Assembly: GCF_009834535.1 (NCBI RefSeq)
Contig: NC_045696.1
Location: forward strand, 45,572,001 to 45,636,000
Source: Camelus ferus
Taxonomy: Eukaryota
DNA length: 64,000 nt
Direction: 5' to 3'
The notes under the pieces are model-generated. The model was not told the origin of the DNA and searched no databases. It saw only the letters and a list, made by a program, of their open reading frames with translations. Both the position numbers and the translations under genes were made by a program. Positions 62,470 to 64,000 of this stretch are shown one piece after another. The stretch's first letter is position 1, and each line of letters begins with the position of its first letter.

Positions 62470-64000
62470 AGTTACATAGTTAAAAATGCCCTTATGCCTC
62501 TCTGTGGTCAATCCTCTGCCTTCACCCTCCAGCTCCTGACAAGCACTGATCTGATTTCCACTTCTAGGGCTTTTGCCATCCCTGGAATGTTGTATAAATG
62601 GAATCATGTAGTATGTACCCTTTTTATGTAGGACTTCTTTCAGTTAGAACGATGCTTTTTAAGATTCATACTGTTGTATGCAAGCTCTACAGTTGTTTGG
62701 GTTTGTGTGTCTGTTTGTTTATGCATATGAATGCCCCACACCATTTTTTAAAAGGATCTCTATCTCAGTTTAATTACCTTGGTATTGATGGAAAACAACA
62801 ACTGACCACATGTGTGCGATCTATTTATGGGCTTTTTATTGGGTTAGAGTATTCTGTTTCTCCTTATGCCATTACCACAATTCCTTGAATACTATCACTT
62901 TGCATTAAGTCTTATAGTCAGGTAGTATGAATATGCCAACTTCATTTTACTTTGTATTGTTTTGACTATTCTAAGTCCTTTGTAATTTCATATAAAATTT
63001 AGACTCAATTTGTCAATTTCTACAAAACACACACACAAACACACACACCCTCCTGAAAATCTGATTTGGATTGTGTTAAATTTACAGATTAACTTGGGTA
63101 AAACTGCCATCTTAACAACATAGAGTCTTCTAATCCATAATAGTATGACTATTCATTTAGCTCTTCCATAATTTCTATCAGCAATATTATGTAACTTTTA
63201 GTCTTGCACATATTTTGTGGCATCTATTTCTAAGTACTTCATGTCTATTGATAATATTGTAAATAATATTTTTAAATTTCTTTTCCAATTGCTTATTGCC
63301 AGTATATAGATATAAAATTGATTTTTGCATATTTAGTTTTATATTGCAAACTTGTTAACTTCATTTATTAGTTCTAGTAACTGTTTGACAATTAGATCAT
63401 CTGTAAATAAAGATAGCTTTTTCTTTTAAATCTGTGTATCTTCTAATTTTTATTTTTTGAAGAGAAATGGAAAAAAAGGACATATGTCCTTCCTTTGTTC
63501 CAAATCTTGGGAGAGTGGAGGTGCAGGGAACTCAGTCCTCCACTACAAAGAATGATGCTAGCTATAGATTTTTCATAATAGGCTTTTACATTGTTGAGAA
63601 ATTTTCATTCTATTCTTAATTTTCTGGGAGTATTTATCATGAATTGATGTTGAATTTTTTTCAGTGCTTTTTTAGTCTCTGAGATGAACATGTGTTTTTC
63701 TTATTTAGTCTGTTAATATAAATTATTTTGATTAATTTTTTAATGTTGATCCAGCCTTGCATTTTAGGGATGAATTTAACTTGAATGTGATTTGTTATCC
63801 CTTTTATAGATTGCTAGATTTGATTTGCTAATTTTTTTTTCACTGATTTTTACATCAATGTTAATGAAAGATATTGTTTTGCAGTTTTCTTTCCTTATAA
63901 TGTTTTTGATGTTGGTATTAGGGTAACGCTGACATCAAGAATGAATTAGGGAGTCAATTTTCCTCCTCAATTTTCTGCGAGAGTTTGCAAAGAATTGGTA
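62470..64000 (-). mobile_element. Old L1M element (3' end and ORF2 remnant), runs off the window
   Basis: tataaatggaatcatgtagtatgta, gtttttgactattctaagtcctttg, ccatcttaacaacatagagtcttctaatccat, ccagccttgcattttagggatgaat. Confidence 0.85.

Noticed and set aside
1..64000. CRISPR arrays, operons, rRNA or other prokaryotic/viral systems
   Set aside because: No regularly spaced repeats, no long ORFs, no ERV internal genes recognised; content is typical mammalian repeat-rich DNA.

Overview
AT-rich eutherian genomic DNA that reads as intronic or intergenic. It is most likely camelid (alpaca/camel): there is a tRNA-derived vic-1-like SINE at 56.3 kb and cetartiodactyl-type L1 3' ends, and I saw no Alu, Bov-A/BovB or PRE-1 elements. 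Much of the window is interspersed repeat: L1, L2, MIR, ERVL/MaLR LTRs, and hAT-Charlie and TcMar DNA transposons. All family calls are by eye from remembered consensus sequences, and boundaries of old repeats are approximate. I recognise no protein-coding gene, and the only protein-like ORFs are L1 ORF1/ORF2 remnants. The best-supported unusual structures are: (1) a ~2.9 kb L1 that keeps its CpG-rich 5'UTR, ORF1 and 3' end but lacks almost all of ORF2; (2) a three-layer nested L1/L1/SINE insertion with readable target-site duplications (TSDs); (3) microsatellites and palindromes arising from defined L1 motifs; (4) a low-confidence, frame-compatible chain of minus-strand exon candidates, including a 27-nt microexon candidate and a terminal exon with a polyA signal. 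I found no solid evidence of a new biological system.
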